A DNA stretch of 37,929 bases from Candidatus Caldatribacteriota bacterium (GCA_034660595.1 JAYEJO010000095.1:1-37929), one strand, 5' to 3'; counted from the stretch's first letter, positions 17,136 through 26,830 are shown. A program made the numbers and translations. Notes: generated from the letters alone by a model not told the origin.

Positions 17136-18020
17136 CTACCTCCCCCCCTTTATACCTCCTAAGGTAATTTCCATTAAATATTTCTGAGTAAATATGAAAA
17201 AGAGTATAACTGGCACCATATAAAATAAAGAAACTGCTGCCAAAAGACCATAATCACTAAACCTATAATCTGAAACAATAGCACTTATATATGAAGTCAA
17301 GGTCCAACTGGAGTAACTTCTATTGAAAGTAATTACAAAGATATATTCTGACCAGCCCATCAAAAAAGAGAAGATAGAAATTGCTGCAATTCCTGGTTTA
17401 ACTATTGGTAACATCACTTTATGCCAAGCTTGAAAACGAGTAGCCCCATCAATTAAAGCAGACATCTCCATATCCCAGGATATTCCATCAAAAAACCCCT
17501 TCATTATCCAGATTCCAAAAGGAGTAAAGAAACCGGCTTTAGCCAAAACAACTCCGGTTATTGTATCCAACAAATTGAGAGTTTTTAAAATATAATATAA
17601 GGCTATTAAAAGGGTAATTGCTGGAAAAGCGTGGAGAACAAGGGTAGAAGCCAATAAAAAGGATCTGCCAGGAAATTTCATTCGAGAGATTACATAACCA
17701 CCCAAGGTGGAAACTGTTACTACTATTACGGTTACCCCCAAACCAAGATAAAGGGTATTAAATAAAATTGGCCAGATGCTTGGCCAGTCAGGATTTTCAG
17801 GAAAAGGATTTTCCCATAGGAAACGCCAATTTTTTAGGGAAAAACTTTTAGGAACAATTCCATATACTAATTCTCCACTAAATGAACCAGCAAAAAGCCA
17901 GAGGTAGCCCATCACAATCCCAATCGAAATTATAGTTAAAAAGATAAAAATCCCAACTTCTCGAAAATTAATTTTTTTTCTTCTTCTATTTATAATTTTA
18001 TTATTGGATTCTTTAAACAT
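17136..18020 (-). CDS. Carbohydrate ABC permease (MalG-like)
   Basis: EMSALIDGATRF EAA motif, PGIAAISIFSF, about 6 TM segments. Confidence 0.9.
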   Translation of the reverse strand: MFKESNNKIINRRRKKINFREVGIFIFLTIISIGIVMGYLWLFAGSFSGELVYGIVPKSFSLKNWRFLWENPFPENPDWPSIWPILFNTLYLGLGVTVIVVTVSTLGGYVISRMKFPGRSFLLASTLVLHAFPAITLLIALYYILKTLNLLDTITGVVLAKAGFFTPFGIWIMKGFFDGISWDMEMSALIDGATRFQAWHKVMLPIVKPGIAAISIFSFLMGWSEYIFVITFNRSYSSWTLTSYISAIVSDYRFSDYGLLAAVSLFYMVPVILFFIFTQKYLMEITLGGIKGGR

Positions 18021-18036
18021 AATTTATTCCCCACCA

Positions 18037-18933
18037 TCAAACAATTTCAATTTTAGGTTCTTCCATCATTTCTTTAAATCTAAATATTCGCCAATAAAAT
18101 ATAGAAGCAATAATGCCCACAATAACTAATATTGTTGCCAGGGCTGCTCCATAACCAAATTCGTAAGTTCCAGCATAAGAACTAAAAGCTACTTTATAAG
18201 AATATAAAGACCAAACGGTTGATTTGAAATACGGACCACCTTCCGTAATTAGTAATATATATTCATAGGAAGTTAATAGAGATAGAGTTTGATAAGCAGT
18301 TATAAAAGCTAAAGGCCAACGGATCATAGGTAAAACTATATAGCCTATCTCTTGTAACCAGGTCGCCCCATCAACTCTAGCAGCCCATAAGTAATCTTTA
18401 GAAATAGACTTTATGGCCGAGGCAAAAATTACCATTCCCATTGAAGCTCCAATAATACCATTAGTTATAATAATTACTTGCCAAGGGAAATTTGAAATCC
18501 AGGGCATATAATCATATCCTAAGAACGAATTTAGTAAACCCTCTTTCATAGGAGATAAAATCCAAAGCCAAATAACTCCATAAACTACAGGGGGCGTAAA
18601 TCGAGGTAAAAGCCAGATAGTCCTAAAAAATATACCATTTTTTTCTCTTATACTGGTAGTCAATATAGCTAAAATCAAACCAAAAGTAACATTAAAAATT
18701 AATAATGTTCCAAAAGTATAAACAAAGGTAGTTAATACTATTTTTTGTACTAAGGGATCAATAAGCATCTTAAAGTAATTATAAAGACCAACAAAGTTCC
18801 ACTGAAAACGATAGTCCATATTAGTAAAACCCATAATAGTAGTCATAACAGCGGGGGTAATAAAGAAGATTACAGTAAATAATATAGCTGGTAATAGGAA
18901 TAAAAAAATCTTTAAATATGCACTTCTACCCAA
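18037..18933 (-). CDS. Carbohydrate ABC permease (MalF-like)
   Basis: WAARVDGA EAA motif, YGAALA; likely start is TTG 18933 (AAGGAG 7 nt upstream), because ATG 18969 sits in a hairpin. Confidence 0.88.
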   Translation of the reverse strand: MGRSAYLKIFLFLLPAILFTVIFFITPAVMTTIMGFTNMDYRFQWNFVGLYNYFKMLIDPLVQKIVLTTFVYTFGTLLIFNVTFGLILAILTTSIREKNGIFFRTIWLLPRFTPPVVYGVIWLWILSPMKEGLLNSFLGYDYMPWISNFPWQVIIITNGIIGASMGMVIFASAIKSISKDYLWAARVDGATWLQEIGYIVLPMIRWPLAFITAYQTLSLLTSYEYILLITEGGPYFKSTVWSLYSYKVAFSSYAGTYEFGYGAALATILVIVGIIASIFYWRIFRFKEMMEEPKIEIV

Positions 18934-18967
18934 TAATTTTCTCCTTGTTTTAACTATAAAAAGATAC

Positions 18968-19004
18968 ATAGAGAGGCCTTTGAATTTAAAGAAGGCCTCT
19001 CTAT
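18968..19004 (-). terminator. Stem-loop 3' of the SBP gene
   Basis: atagagaggcctt-N11-aaggcctctctat, perfect 13-bp stem, no clear U-tract. Confidence 0.65.
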
Positions 19005-19023
19005 AGTTATTTATTAATCTTTG

Positions 19024-20406
19024 CTACTTCACAATTACTTGATCGCCTAATTCTGATTTCATCCTATCAACCCAGAAATTTAAGGCATCTTCAGGGCTAA
19101 CCTCTCCAGTTTCTACACCTGCAATTGCTTCGAATAAAGTTTCCCAATAAAATGGTGCTTTAGCATGATTCGGAGCAAAATTAGTGTATTTTAATACTTT
19201 AGTAATTTCTTTTACATATCTTGCTTCTGCATATGGTCTAAAGGCTAACTGAGATTCTCTGATTGCCAGATGTCCACTTCCCAAAGCATGTTTAGTGTTC
19301 AGGTCAATGTCAGAGGCTAAAGCAATTATTAAGAAAGCCAGGTCTTTATGTGGCGAAGCCTTAGTAATTAGATGTACTATAGGATGAGATACTGATACTG
19401 GTTTTCCTCCTTTAACTGCAGCAGGTATCGGAAACCATCCGATATTCTTCCACTCATCCTCTTCAGAAACTTTGTAGGGATCTCTTTGCCATTCGGCCCA
19501 ATTCCAGGAACCACCGGTAAGAAATATTCCAACTTCTCCTTTTGTCCAGGCAGTATGAATATCTCTCCAAGCTATCTGAGACATAGCCCCCGGGGTTACC
19601 CCTAAATCAACTAATTTCTTAATATACTGTAAAACTTTCAGGGTAGCACTTTTATCTACTACCAGTTTACCGGTCTCCGAATCCGAGATTTCTCCACCAT
19701 AAGAGAAAATAAACTGGAACCAATCAGTACCCGGAGTAGGACGATGCCAGATACCTTTTCCTTTTTCCACTACTCCAGCATCTACCATTTTCTTACCTAA
19801 TTGGGCTAGATCATCAAGGGTGAATTCTCCTTTTTCCACCTTTATTGGAAGATTTACAATCTCTTCTTCGCTCCAACCTAAGGCCCGTAATTTATCTTTT
19901 CGGAACCAGGTTATTCTACATTCTGTATCCTGAGGAATCCCCCATATTTGTCCTTTAAATTTTGCGCAGTTCCAGAGAGCCGGGAAAAAGTCTTCATATA
20001 CTTCTGAATATTTTGCAATATAATTATCCAAAGGTATTATATAGTCAGCCAAGGCATAAGGTCCAATATCTTCATGCCCGGTTACAATTATATCGGCAAT
20101 TTTTTCTGGGTCTTTACTTTGCAGGGCCAATAAATTACTCAGTTTAAAGTCAGCCCATTTAGTAGTACAGAAAGTAGCATCCATCTTTACTCTTATGTTT
20201 GCTCCCGTTGCCTCCAGATATTTATTTAAACGAGCAGCTGCCTCTTCTAAATTAGTCTTTCGAGTAATAGAGGGGTCATCTGGCCCCACCGTCCAAGCTT
20301 TAATGGTTACAGTTTTAACTTCTCCCTGAGCGAGAGCAATACCCGCAACACTTATTACGAATATTACAACTAGTATAAAGCTAATCAAACTCTTTAAAGA
20401 TTTCAT
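19024..20406 (-). CDS. Sugar/polyol-phosphate ABC solute-binding protein (resembles Thermotoga/Thermococcales inositol-cluster SBPs)
   Basis: Signal peptide (...GIALA), GIPQDTE, IWHRP and SHP motifs; inositol specificity is inferred from context. Confidence 0.85.
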   Translation of the reverse strand: MKSLKSLISFILVVIFVISVAGIALAQGEVKTVTIKAWTVGPDDPSITRKTNLEEAAARLNKYLEATGANIRVKMDATFCTTKWADFKLSNLLALQSKDPEKIADIIVTGHEDIGPYALADYIIPLDNYIAKYSEVYEDFFPALWNCAKFKGQIWGIPQDTECRITWFRKDKLRALGWSEEEIVNLPIKVEKGEFTLDDLAQLGKKMVDAGVVEKGKGIWHRPTPGTDWFQFIFSYGGEISDSETGKLVVDKSATLKVLQYIKKLVDLGVTPGAMSQIAWRDIHTAWTKGEVGIFLTGGSWNWAEWQRDPYKVSEEDEWKNIGWFPIPAAVKGGKPVSVSHPIVHLITKASPHKDLAFLIIALASDIDLNTKHALGSGHLAIRESQLAFRPYAEARYVKEITKVLKYTNFAPNHAKAPFYWETLFEAIAGVETGEVSPEDALNFWVDRMKSELGDQVIVK

Positions 20407-20544
20407 TTTTCTTCCTCCTTTAAGATTTGAAAATTTTTCCTTAAAATATAGATTGATTGCTTTTCCTTTTTACCACCTCCTTATAAATTTATTTGTCCTG
20501 TCAGAATTCTCCGTCTTCTCTATTTTGTAAATGACAGTAATATT

Positions 20545-21642
20545 CTAATTTAATAATAATGATTTTTCTGTATTTTTGTCAAAAAGATGAATCTTACTTG
20601 TATTAAAGTGTAGTTTGACCTTTTCGCCCATCTCTTTTGTAAATGGGGGAAGGGTTAGCACCTTAATTTGCAAATTTCCCAGTTTAACAGTGACTAAAAC
20701 TTGCATCCCCATAGGTTCAACCACATAAACTTCCGCCTCTTCTCCTTTTTTGTGGTCAATCTTTACATCCTCCGGCCTGATACCCAATATTACTTCTTTA
20801 TCTTGAGAACGAGAATGAATAAGCTTACCAATCTTTGAGGGAATTTCAATGGTAATATCTTCATTCTTTAAAAAATATTTTTCTTCTGCCTGTTCCAAAG
20901 AAACATTAATAAGATTCATGGGTGGGCTTCCTATAAAACCGGCTACAAACAGATTCACCGGTCGATTATATAGCTCATCAGATGAACTATATTGCTGAAG
21001 TTCCCCTAACTGTAGCAAGGCTATTTTATCAGACATAGTCATAGCTTCTATCTGGTCGTGAGTTACGAAAATGGTGGTAATGCCCAATTTTTTCTGTAAT
21101 CTCTTAAGCTCCGCTCTCATCAAGGTTCTAAGCTTGGCATCTAAATTGGAGAGGGGTTCATCTAAAAGTAAGATATCTGGCTTCTTAATTAAAGCTCGAC
21201 AAAGAGCCACTCTTTGTTGTTGTCCCCCGGAAAGTTGAGCAGGTTTTCTATCTAATAATTCTTCTATCTGAACTAATTTAGCTACTTCTTTGGCTCTTCT
21301 CTCTCTTTCGTCTTTAGGGGTCTTTCGTAACTTTAAAGGAAATACTATATTATCTAATACGGTCATATGAGGATAAAGGGCATAACTTTGAAAGACCATA
21401 CCGATTTTTCTATCTTTGGGTGGAACTTCATTTACAATATTGTTCCCGAAATAAATATTTCCAGTAGTGGGCTTGTAAATTCCAGCTATCATAAGTAGGG
21501 TGGTGGTTTTTCCGCATCCTGAAGGCCCAAGTAAAGCTACAAATTCACCATCGTTTATCTCGAGGTCAAAACTATTTACTGCTTTTACTTTTCCAAAGTG
21601 TTTACTTAAATTTTTAAGCATTACTTCCATTTTCTTTGCCAA
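20545..21642 (-). CDS. MalK-type sugar ABC ATPase
   Basis: GPSGCGKTT, VFQSYALYPH, LSGGQQQR, DEPLSNLD, FVAGFIGSP, C-terminal TOBE region. Confidence 0.95.
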   Translation of the reverse strand: MAKKMEVMLKNLSKHFGKVKAVNSFDLEINDGEFVALLGPSGCGKTTTLLMIAGIYKPTTGNIYFGNNIVNEVPPKDRKIGMVFQSYALYPHMTVLDNIVFPLKLRKTPKDERERRAKEVAKLVQIEELLDRKPAQLSGGQQQRVALCRALIKKPDILLLDEPLSNLDAKLRTLMRAELKRLQKKLGITTIFVTHDQIEAMTMSDKIALLQLGELQQYSSSDELYNRPVNLFVAGFIGSPPMNLINVSLEQAEEKYFLKNEDITIEIPSKIGKLIHSRSQDKEVILGIRPEDVKIDHKKGEEAEVYVVEPMGMQVLVTVKLGNLQIKVLTLPPFTKEMGEKVKLHFNTSKIHLFDKNTEKSLLLN

Positions 21643-21683
21643 TCTCTTTATTATTTTTATGCCTTACTTAAACTAAAAATTAT

Positions 21684-21714
21684 ATTTTACATTAACTTTA
21701 TGCATATAGAGCAA
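21684..21714 (-). promoter_or_regulatory. Candidate MerR-activated promoter (19-bp spacer with dyad)
   Basis: TTGCTC-N19-TAAAAT containing the dyad CTATATG|CATAAAG. Confidence 0.5.
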
Positions 21715-21723
21715 TGAAAAATT

Positions 21724-23046
21724 TTACTTACTTTTATAAAAAATTAAAATTCTTCTTATATTCTCTGTATTCATTAATAAAGCAATAATAAACAAAACTA
21801 AAGCTGGCTGATTTATTAAGGTCCCTATAAATATAATACCTATTCGAACATCACGTCCTATTCTAAAGTAGTGTTTTCCGCGAGTAAGATTTTTTTTCAT
21901 TAAACCATCATATTTATCAGCAGTATAGCTATTCATAAAAGCACCGATGATAGCCAAAAATCCTATAAATAGATATAATAAATTTTCTCCTAAAAAATAT
22001 ACATAATAAGTTAAACCAAAAAGAAGGAAGGCATCTGCATAACGGTCCAAGACCGCATCATACCACCCTCCAAATTCTGAGGTTTGAAACTTTAAGCGGG
22101 CAATCTCTCCATCACAGCCATCAATAATAGAGGCTATTTGCGCCAATATTCCGCCAACTAGTAAATTAGCATATCCCCCAAAAAAGAAAAAAAGAGCACC
22201 CATCATAGAAAAGATAAAAGAAAATAAAGAAATCTGATTAGGGGTAATACTTTTTTTTAAAAGATATTTTGAAATTCTAATGGAAATTGGACGGTTTAGA
22301 TATCTGGATACAGGTCCGTCAGACACTTTTTTTAAATTAGCTAAAAGAATATTTTCTGCCTTCTTAAATGCATTTTCATCATCTACATCAATCCAATATT
22401 TACCTTTAATATCAAAGACTCTTGACTTTTTCTGTTTGGCTAATATTTTTATTCCCGCTGAAAGAGAAGTATCACCATTGTCTGAACTTTCTTCTAAAGC
22501 CTCAAATATTGCCGGCGAACAAAGAAATATTCCGGTATCATAAGCATTATATTTTTTAATATTCTTTCCGATGTTTATAATTCTTCCTTTATCATCAACC
22601 AAAACTTTGGTAACATCATCAATATCAACAGTTTTGTTCTTAAGATTATGATCTACTGCCAGTATAATTTCTCCGTCAGCAGCTTTCTCCTGAAGCAACT
22701 CTCTCAATATAGATTCGTCAAAGATATGGTCACTCATCAGTAGAATAAAATTCTCATCTATCTCTCTTTTTGCCTTAAGAACAGAAAGTCCATTTTCTTT
22801 TTCCCATTGATTATTTATAAGATGAGTTATTTTTAAGTCTCTGTTCCGGGCAAATTGGTCAAGGCGGTTTCTTAGTTTTTCTCCATTATAACCAGTTACT
22901 ATGTAGAAATCGGTAATACCTGCTCCCTTAGCATTTAATATTACTCGTTCGATAAGGGGTATTTCTAAAAGGGAAACGAGCGGTTTAGAGTTACCCCTGT
23001 TAGATAATCTACTTCCTTCTCCTGCAGCAATTATCAAACATTTCAT
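21724..23046 (-). CDS. Bifunctional inositol-phosphate cytidylyltransferase / di-myo-inositol-phosphate-phosphate synthase (IPCT/DIPPS)
   Basis: N-terminal nucleotidyltransferase (IAAGEGSRL..KPL, NGLS, MSDH, DTG, WIDVD) fused to a CDP-alcohol phosphotransferase (DGPVSRYLNR, DGCDGEIAR..GGWYDAVLD, RDVR). Confidence 0.88.
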   Translation of the reverse strand: MKCLIIAAGEGSRLSNRGNSKPLVSLLEIPLIERVILNAKGAGITDFYIVTGYNGEKLRNRLDQFARNRDLKITHLINNQWEKENGLSVLKAKREIDENFILLMSDHIFDESILRELLQEKAADGEIILAVDHNLKNKTVDIDDVTKVLVDDKGRIINIGKNIKKYNAYDTGIFLCSPAIFEALEESSDNGDTSLSAGIKILAKQKKSRVFDIKGKYWIDVDDENAFKKAENILLANLKKVSDGPVSRYLNRPISIRISKYLLKKSITPNQISLFSFIFSMMGALFFFFGGYANLLVGGILAQIASIIDGCDGEIARLKFQTSEFGGWYDAVLDRYADAFLLFGLTYYVYFLGENLLYLFIGFLAIIGAFMNSYTADKYDGLMKKNLTRGKHYFRIGRDVRIGIIFIGTLINQPALVLFIIALLMNTENIRRILIFYKSK

Positions 23047-23150
23047 TTCTAATCATCTCTTTTTTTATAAGGATGCTAAAATAATATTGCCTATTAAATT
23101 TAATTCCTAATACTTGTAGTACAATTTTACTTTTTTTCTCTTTCTTCCAC

Positions 23151-23993
23151 TTAAAGATTAATCCCCATCAAAGAAGCCCTTTTAATAAGTCTGTCAAAAT
23201 CAGGTATCCCGGCTGTCCCTTTTTCCTCTACTGCAAAAGAAGCAACACAATTAGCAAAACGCGATGATTCTATAGGATCATCTGTCTGATAGTATTTTAC
23301 TAAAAAGGCAGCTGCAAAAACATCTCCTGCCCCCGTCGGGTCTTTTTCTTCAGTTTTAAAAGCTGAAAAGATAAATTCTTTACCTCTCCAATATAAAATC
23401 GAGCCTTCTGCTCCTCTGGTTAGAATCACTATTTTTATTAAGGACTTATAATTTTCCAATACTTCAGGAAAAGCTGCAATATCTTCTTCACTAAATATCA
23501 ATACATCTACCTGGGAGTGAACTTTTAAAACAGGCATCCATTTCTTAGGATAAACCTGACCCTTCTCGTCCCATCTTCTCATTAAACCCTGCGGGGTTAA
23601 ACAAATTAAACTATCTTTAAAAAGGGTGAATATTTCCTGATCAACTTCATCAGCTACCGGACAAACATGCACAATTTTTGCCTTATGCCATCCCTGAGGG
23701 ATTTGCTCTTTTTTTATCCTATTTGCTACCTCATTAATAATCTGTTTTCTTTTTCCTTGATAATAAGAATTGTGAAATGTAGTAGTATGAGGAGATACAG
23801 AACCGGCAATATTAATTCCCTTCAACAAACCATCACAAGAAAAGTCTAATCCTTTGCTGGTAATTATTCCAGTAGATAGACCAAGTTTACAAGCGGCAAG
23901 AGAAGAATAAACCGCTGAACCACCAATTAATCTCTCTCCAGGATAAATATCATAAGTTACATGACCTATAGAAATAAATTCTGGACACTCCAT
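23151..23993 (-). CDS. PfkB-family kinase, ATP-type, related to archaeal myo-inositol kinases
   Basis: GHVTYD, GGSAVY, PVADEV, PQGLMR, canonical DPTGAGD; directly upstream of IPCT/DIPPS. Confidence 0.82.
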   Translation of the reverse strand: MECPEFISIGHVTYDIYPGERLIGGSAVYSSLAACKLGLSTGIITSKGLDFSCDGLLKGINIAGSVSPHTTTFHNSYYQGKRKQIINEVANRIKKEQIPQGWHKAKIVHVCPVADEVDQEIFTLFKDSLICLTPQGLMRRWDEKGQVYPKKWMPVLKVHSQVDVLIFSEEDIAAFPEVLENYKSLIKIVILTRGAEGSILYWRGKEFIFSAFKTEEKDPTGAGDVFAAAFLVKYYQTDDPIESSRFANCVASFAVEEKGTAGIPDFDRLIKRASLMGINL

Positions 23994-24053
23994 TATTTAT
24001 CCCTCCCTTTTACTTAACTCATTCTTTTCAGCTTTTTATTACTTTTTATCCTT

Positions 24054-24470
24054 TTATATTTTTTTTCGCTTCTCCAAAAATCCTATTACCTCTTCTAATC
24101 CTTTCTTCACTTTAATCGTCTCGTTTAATCTCTCTTCTGTTTTTATCAATTGAGACTGTAAAAATTTAATCATCTTATCTAATTCGTTATCATCTACTTT
24201 TTCAAAAATATTTTCTTCCACAATCCCGTTTATTTCTTCCATCTCTTTCACTTCTCTTAAGGAAAACCCGGCTTTTTTTAATTGTCTAATTCTTTCAACT
24301 AATTTCACTTTATCATTTTGGTACAATCTGAAACCGCCTTGAGTTTTTTTAAAAGGTTTCAGAAGTCCTTTATCCTCATAATGTTTAATCGTTCGGGGAG
24401 TAACCCTCGTTTTTTTTGCTAATTCTCCTATCTGGATAAATTTTTCCTCTTTTTCCTTTTTATTCTCCAT
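24054..24470 (-). CDS. MerR-family transcriptional regulator (short, no cysteines)
   Basis: IGELAKKTRVTPRTIKHYEDKGLL...GFRLY, GFSLREV, C-terminal coiled coil. Confidence 0.92.
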   Translation of the reverse strand: MENKKEKEEKFIQIGELAKKTRVTPRTIKHYEDKGLLKPFKKTQGGFRLYQNDKVKLVERIRQLKKAGFSLREVKEMEEINGIVEENIFEKVDDNELDKMIKFLQSQLIKTEERLNETIKVKKGLEEVIGFLEKRKKI

Positions 24471-24524
24471 AACAATTTTCCCCTTTGAAATATTTAATAA
24501 ATCCTCCAGTAAAAACCTATCTAT

Positions 24525-24553
24525 TTTATATCATACTTGTACGTATAGGTCAA
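24525..24553 (-). promoter_or_regulatory. merR promoter with an overlapping dyad operator
   Basis: TTGACC-N17-TATAAA with TGn; dyad ACCTATAC|GTACAAGT at 24535-24550. Confidence 0.65.
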
Positions 24554-24575
24554 ATTTAACATAACATTTAGGAGA

Positions 24576-24605
24576 TTGCTTTTCCGCTTTACTCTTTGTT
24601 ATAAT
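24576..24605 (+). promoter_or_regulatory. Promoter of the divergent PfkB gene
   Basis: TTGCTT-N18-TATAAT with an extended TGn. Confidence 0.55.
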
Positions 24606-24663
24606 AACTGGACAAAGAAAATAAAATTATTAGATTATTTAGCTTTATGTTGGAGATGATGAA

Positions 24664-25557
24664 ATGGGAAATAACATTAAGTTTTATGATATTGCCTTCC
24701 TGGGACATTACACTAAAGATACGATTGTTTCTTCCACCGGCACCAGAATTGTTGATGGCGGGGCTTTTAATTACGGTGCCAATGTGGCAACAAGAATGGG
24801 ACTCAAAGTGGCTGCGGTTACCCATCTGGCAAAAGAAGATTTTCATGTAGTAGAAAAACTAAAAGACTTAGATGTTGATGTATTCGTAAAGATCACCCCT
24901 CAGTCTACTTGTCTGCGCCTGGAATACCCTACTTCTAATGTGGATGAACGGGTCATATATGTAACCAGCTCAGCAGGTCCCTTCACTCCCACTGAAGTAG
25001 AAAAAATTCAAGCCCGGGCATTCGTGGTAGGTGCATCTATGCGTGAGGAAGTTAGTCTGGAAGTCATAAAAGAACTGGCGAAAAAGAAAACTATTCTGGC
25101 CGCTGATGTGCAAAGTTTTATCCGGGTAAATGATAATGGTAAATTAGTACCTAAAGAATGGCCTGAAGAACAAGCTGTACTTGCTCTCTTAGACATACTA
25201 AAGACTGATGCGGTAGAAGCAGAGATGTTAACCGGCACATCTGATATTCGGGAAGCTGTCCGAAAAATAGCCGACTTAGGCCCCCGCGAAGTGGTAATCA
25301 CCCACCGAAATGGTCTTTTGGTTTATGCTGATGGTAAATTTTACGAAGAAAAATTCTTTCCTAAAGAAATCAGAGGAAGAAGCGGCCGGGGCGATACCTG
25401 TATTGCCTCCTATGCAGCCAAGCGATTAAATACATCTCCTCAAGAAGCAACTATCTGGGCTGCTGCTGTAACAAGTTTAAAGATGGAAGCAGAGGGCCCT
25501 TTCCAACAAACGATAAAAGAAGTTGATAATCTTATTTTAAGTAAATATAAAAATTAA
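24664..25557 (+). CDS. PfkB/ribokinase-family kinase, probably PPi-dependent
   Basis: GHYTKD, DVQSFIR, LKTD, FFPKEIRGRSGRGDTC, SLKME; GGAG RBS; the only real plus-strand gene. Confidence 0.85.
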   Translation: MGNNIKFYDIAFLGHYTKDTIVSSTGTRIVDGGAFNYGANVATRMGLKVAAVTHLAKEDFHVVEKLKDLDVDVFVKITPQSTCLRLEYPTSNVDERVIYVTSSAGPFTPTEVEKIQARAFVVGASMREEVSLEVIKELAKKKTILAADVQSFIRVNDNGKLVPKEWPEEQAVLALLDILKTDAVEAEMLTGTSDIREAVRKIADLGPREVVITHRNGLLVYADGKFYEEKFFPKEIRGRSGRGDTCIASYAAKRLNTSPQEATIWAAAVTSLKMEAEGPFQQTIKEVDNLILSKYKN

Positions 25558-25562
25558 AAAGA

Positions 25563-25619
25563 AATAGGATTGTATCCTATTGTTTAACATTTATGAAAAT
25601 ATTAAGATACGACCCTATT
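25563..25619. terminator. Imperfect hairpin between convergent genes
   Basis: aatagga-ttgta-tcctatt, and the longer pairing aataggattgtatc...gatacgaccctatt. Confidence 0.4.
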
Positions 25620-25631
25620 AAGTTTATTAAA

Positions 25632-26675
25632 TTACAAAATAAGAAGCTTGCCTTGAGGATTTAATTTAGAATACAAAGCTTTTCTTATCTCCTGTTTTTC
25701 CCTATAAGATCTTATGTGGTTATAATTATCTTCTTGCCAGGGAGGAGAAGTAAGGAGCGATTTTTTAAATGCCTCTAAAAGCTTATCTTCAAATTCCCCT
25801 TTATATTTTCTCTTTATAAATTGTTGAAATGCTTCAGGAAAATTATTCCAGGCTTCCTGTTCATGGCTAGGTGGAGTAGGGTAAAATAATCCGTTATTTT
25901 CTTTTACTGCCTTTAAATCTCCCCCTCCATCACCAATCATTAATACCTGATCATCTTCATACTTACCGGCTTTTTTAGCTACCTCAATATGATGTCCCTT
26001 TGAGCCCATTTCCTGGCCGGCAATAATCTGAACATATTTGGCAATTCCTTGATCTTCCCAGTAATTTGATAAATCTGCATAGGGAGTCTTAGAGACAATT
26101 AATATATCCGTATGTTGAGCCATTAATTCCAAACATTCTTCAACTTTATCAAAGGGAGGAATCTTGGCGGAAATATGGGGAAACATTCGGTTTACTGCTT
26201 CACTCCAACCTAAAAGTTTATATATAGCCAAATCTTTCGAATTTAGATTGAGAAATTCTTCCAAACTCGGATTTCCTAAACCAAATTTATTTTCTTTGGT
26301 ATAAGCAATATACTCATTTAAAGGTTTTATATTGGGTAATTTTACATGCCTTTCCTGTAAAACTTGTTGAACATCTTTTCTGTTCTGAAGAGCGGTAAGG
26401 GTAAGCTGAATAGCAATAAATCTGTTACAACCCCGATCCACAGAAAAAAGGTTATAGTATTCAGCAACTTCTCTAAAATAAGACTCAATCGCCCACAATT
26501 GATAAAATTCCATAAATTGGGGGTGAAAGATTAACATCTGCTTTCCGTTCATATTATCGGTAACACAGCCATCGGTATCAATGGCTATTAAAAAATCTTT
26601 AGTCCTTTTAAAATTTTTTAGCTGTTGCTCCGGATCTTCCTTGATTTGTTTATCAGTAAGCCGGGGTAAGGCCAT
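25632..26675 (-). CDS. HAD-superfamily protein (phosphatase or phosphotransferase)
   Basis: Motif I IAIDTDGC, motif II IVSKT, Lys in GSK, motif IV MIGDGGGD. Confidence 0.82.
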   Translation of the reverse strand: MALPRLTDKQIKEDPEQQLKNFKRTKDFLIAIDTDGCVTDNMNGKQMLIFHPQFMEFYQLWAIESYFREVAEYYNLFSVDRGCNRFIAIQLTLTALQNRKDVQQVLQERHVKLPNIKPLNEYIAYTKENKFGLGNPSLEEFLNLNSKDLAIYKLLGWSEAVNRMFPHISAKIPPFDKVEECLELMAQHTDILIVSKTPYADLSNYWEDQGIAKYVQIIAGQEMGSKGHHIEVAKKAGKYEDDQVLMIGDGGGDLKAVKENNGLFYPTPPSHEQEAWNNFPEAFQQFIKRKYKGEFEDKLLEAFKKSLLTSPPWQEDNYNHIRSYREKQEIRKALYSKLNPQGKLLIL

Positions 26676-26696
26676 GATCTAACTCCTTTCTAATAC

Positions 26697-26830
26697 AAGT
26701 AATGAGTGATGAGTAATAAGTAATATGATTCTTTATTTCTTTGCTCATTGCTACTCACTCCTTGCTTCTCATTCTTGATCTTTCATTTGCTACTTATTAC
26801 TGTTTACTTATTACTTGTTACTTGTTACTT
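26697..26830. repeat. Inverted heptamer arrays (AAGTAAT)n / (TTACTTR)n spanning the pfk-HAD intergenic region
   Basis: aagtaat-gagtgat-gagtaat-aagtaat ... ttactta-ttacttg-ttacttg-ttactt; the right arm includes the pfk stop codon. Confidence 0.8.

Noticed and set aside
24537-24567. Plus-strand TTGTAC-N19-TAACAT as a MerR-activated promoter for the divergent kinase
   Set aside because: The dyad is centred on the -35 rather than in the spacer, and a better promoter exists at 24576-24605
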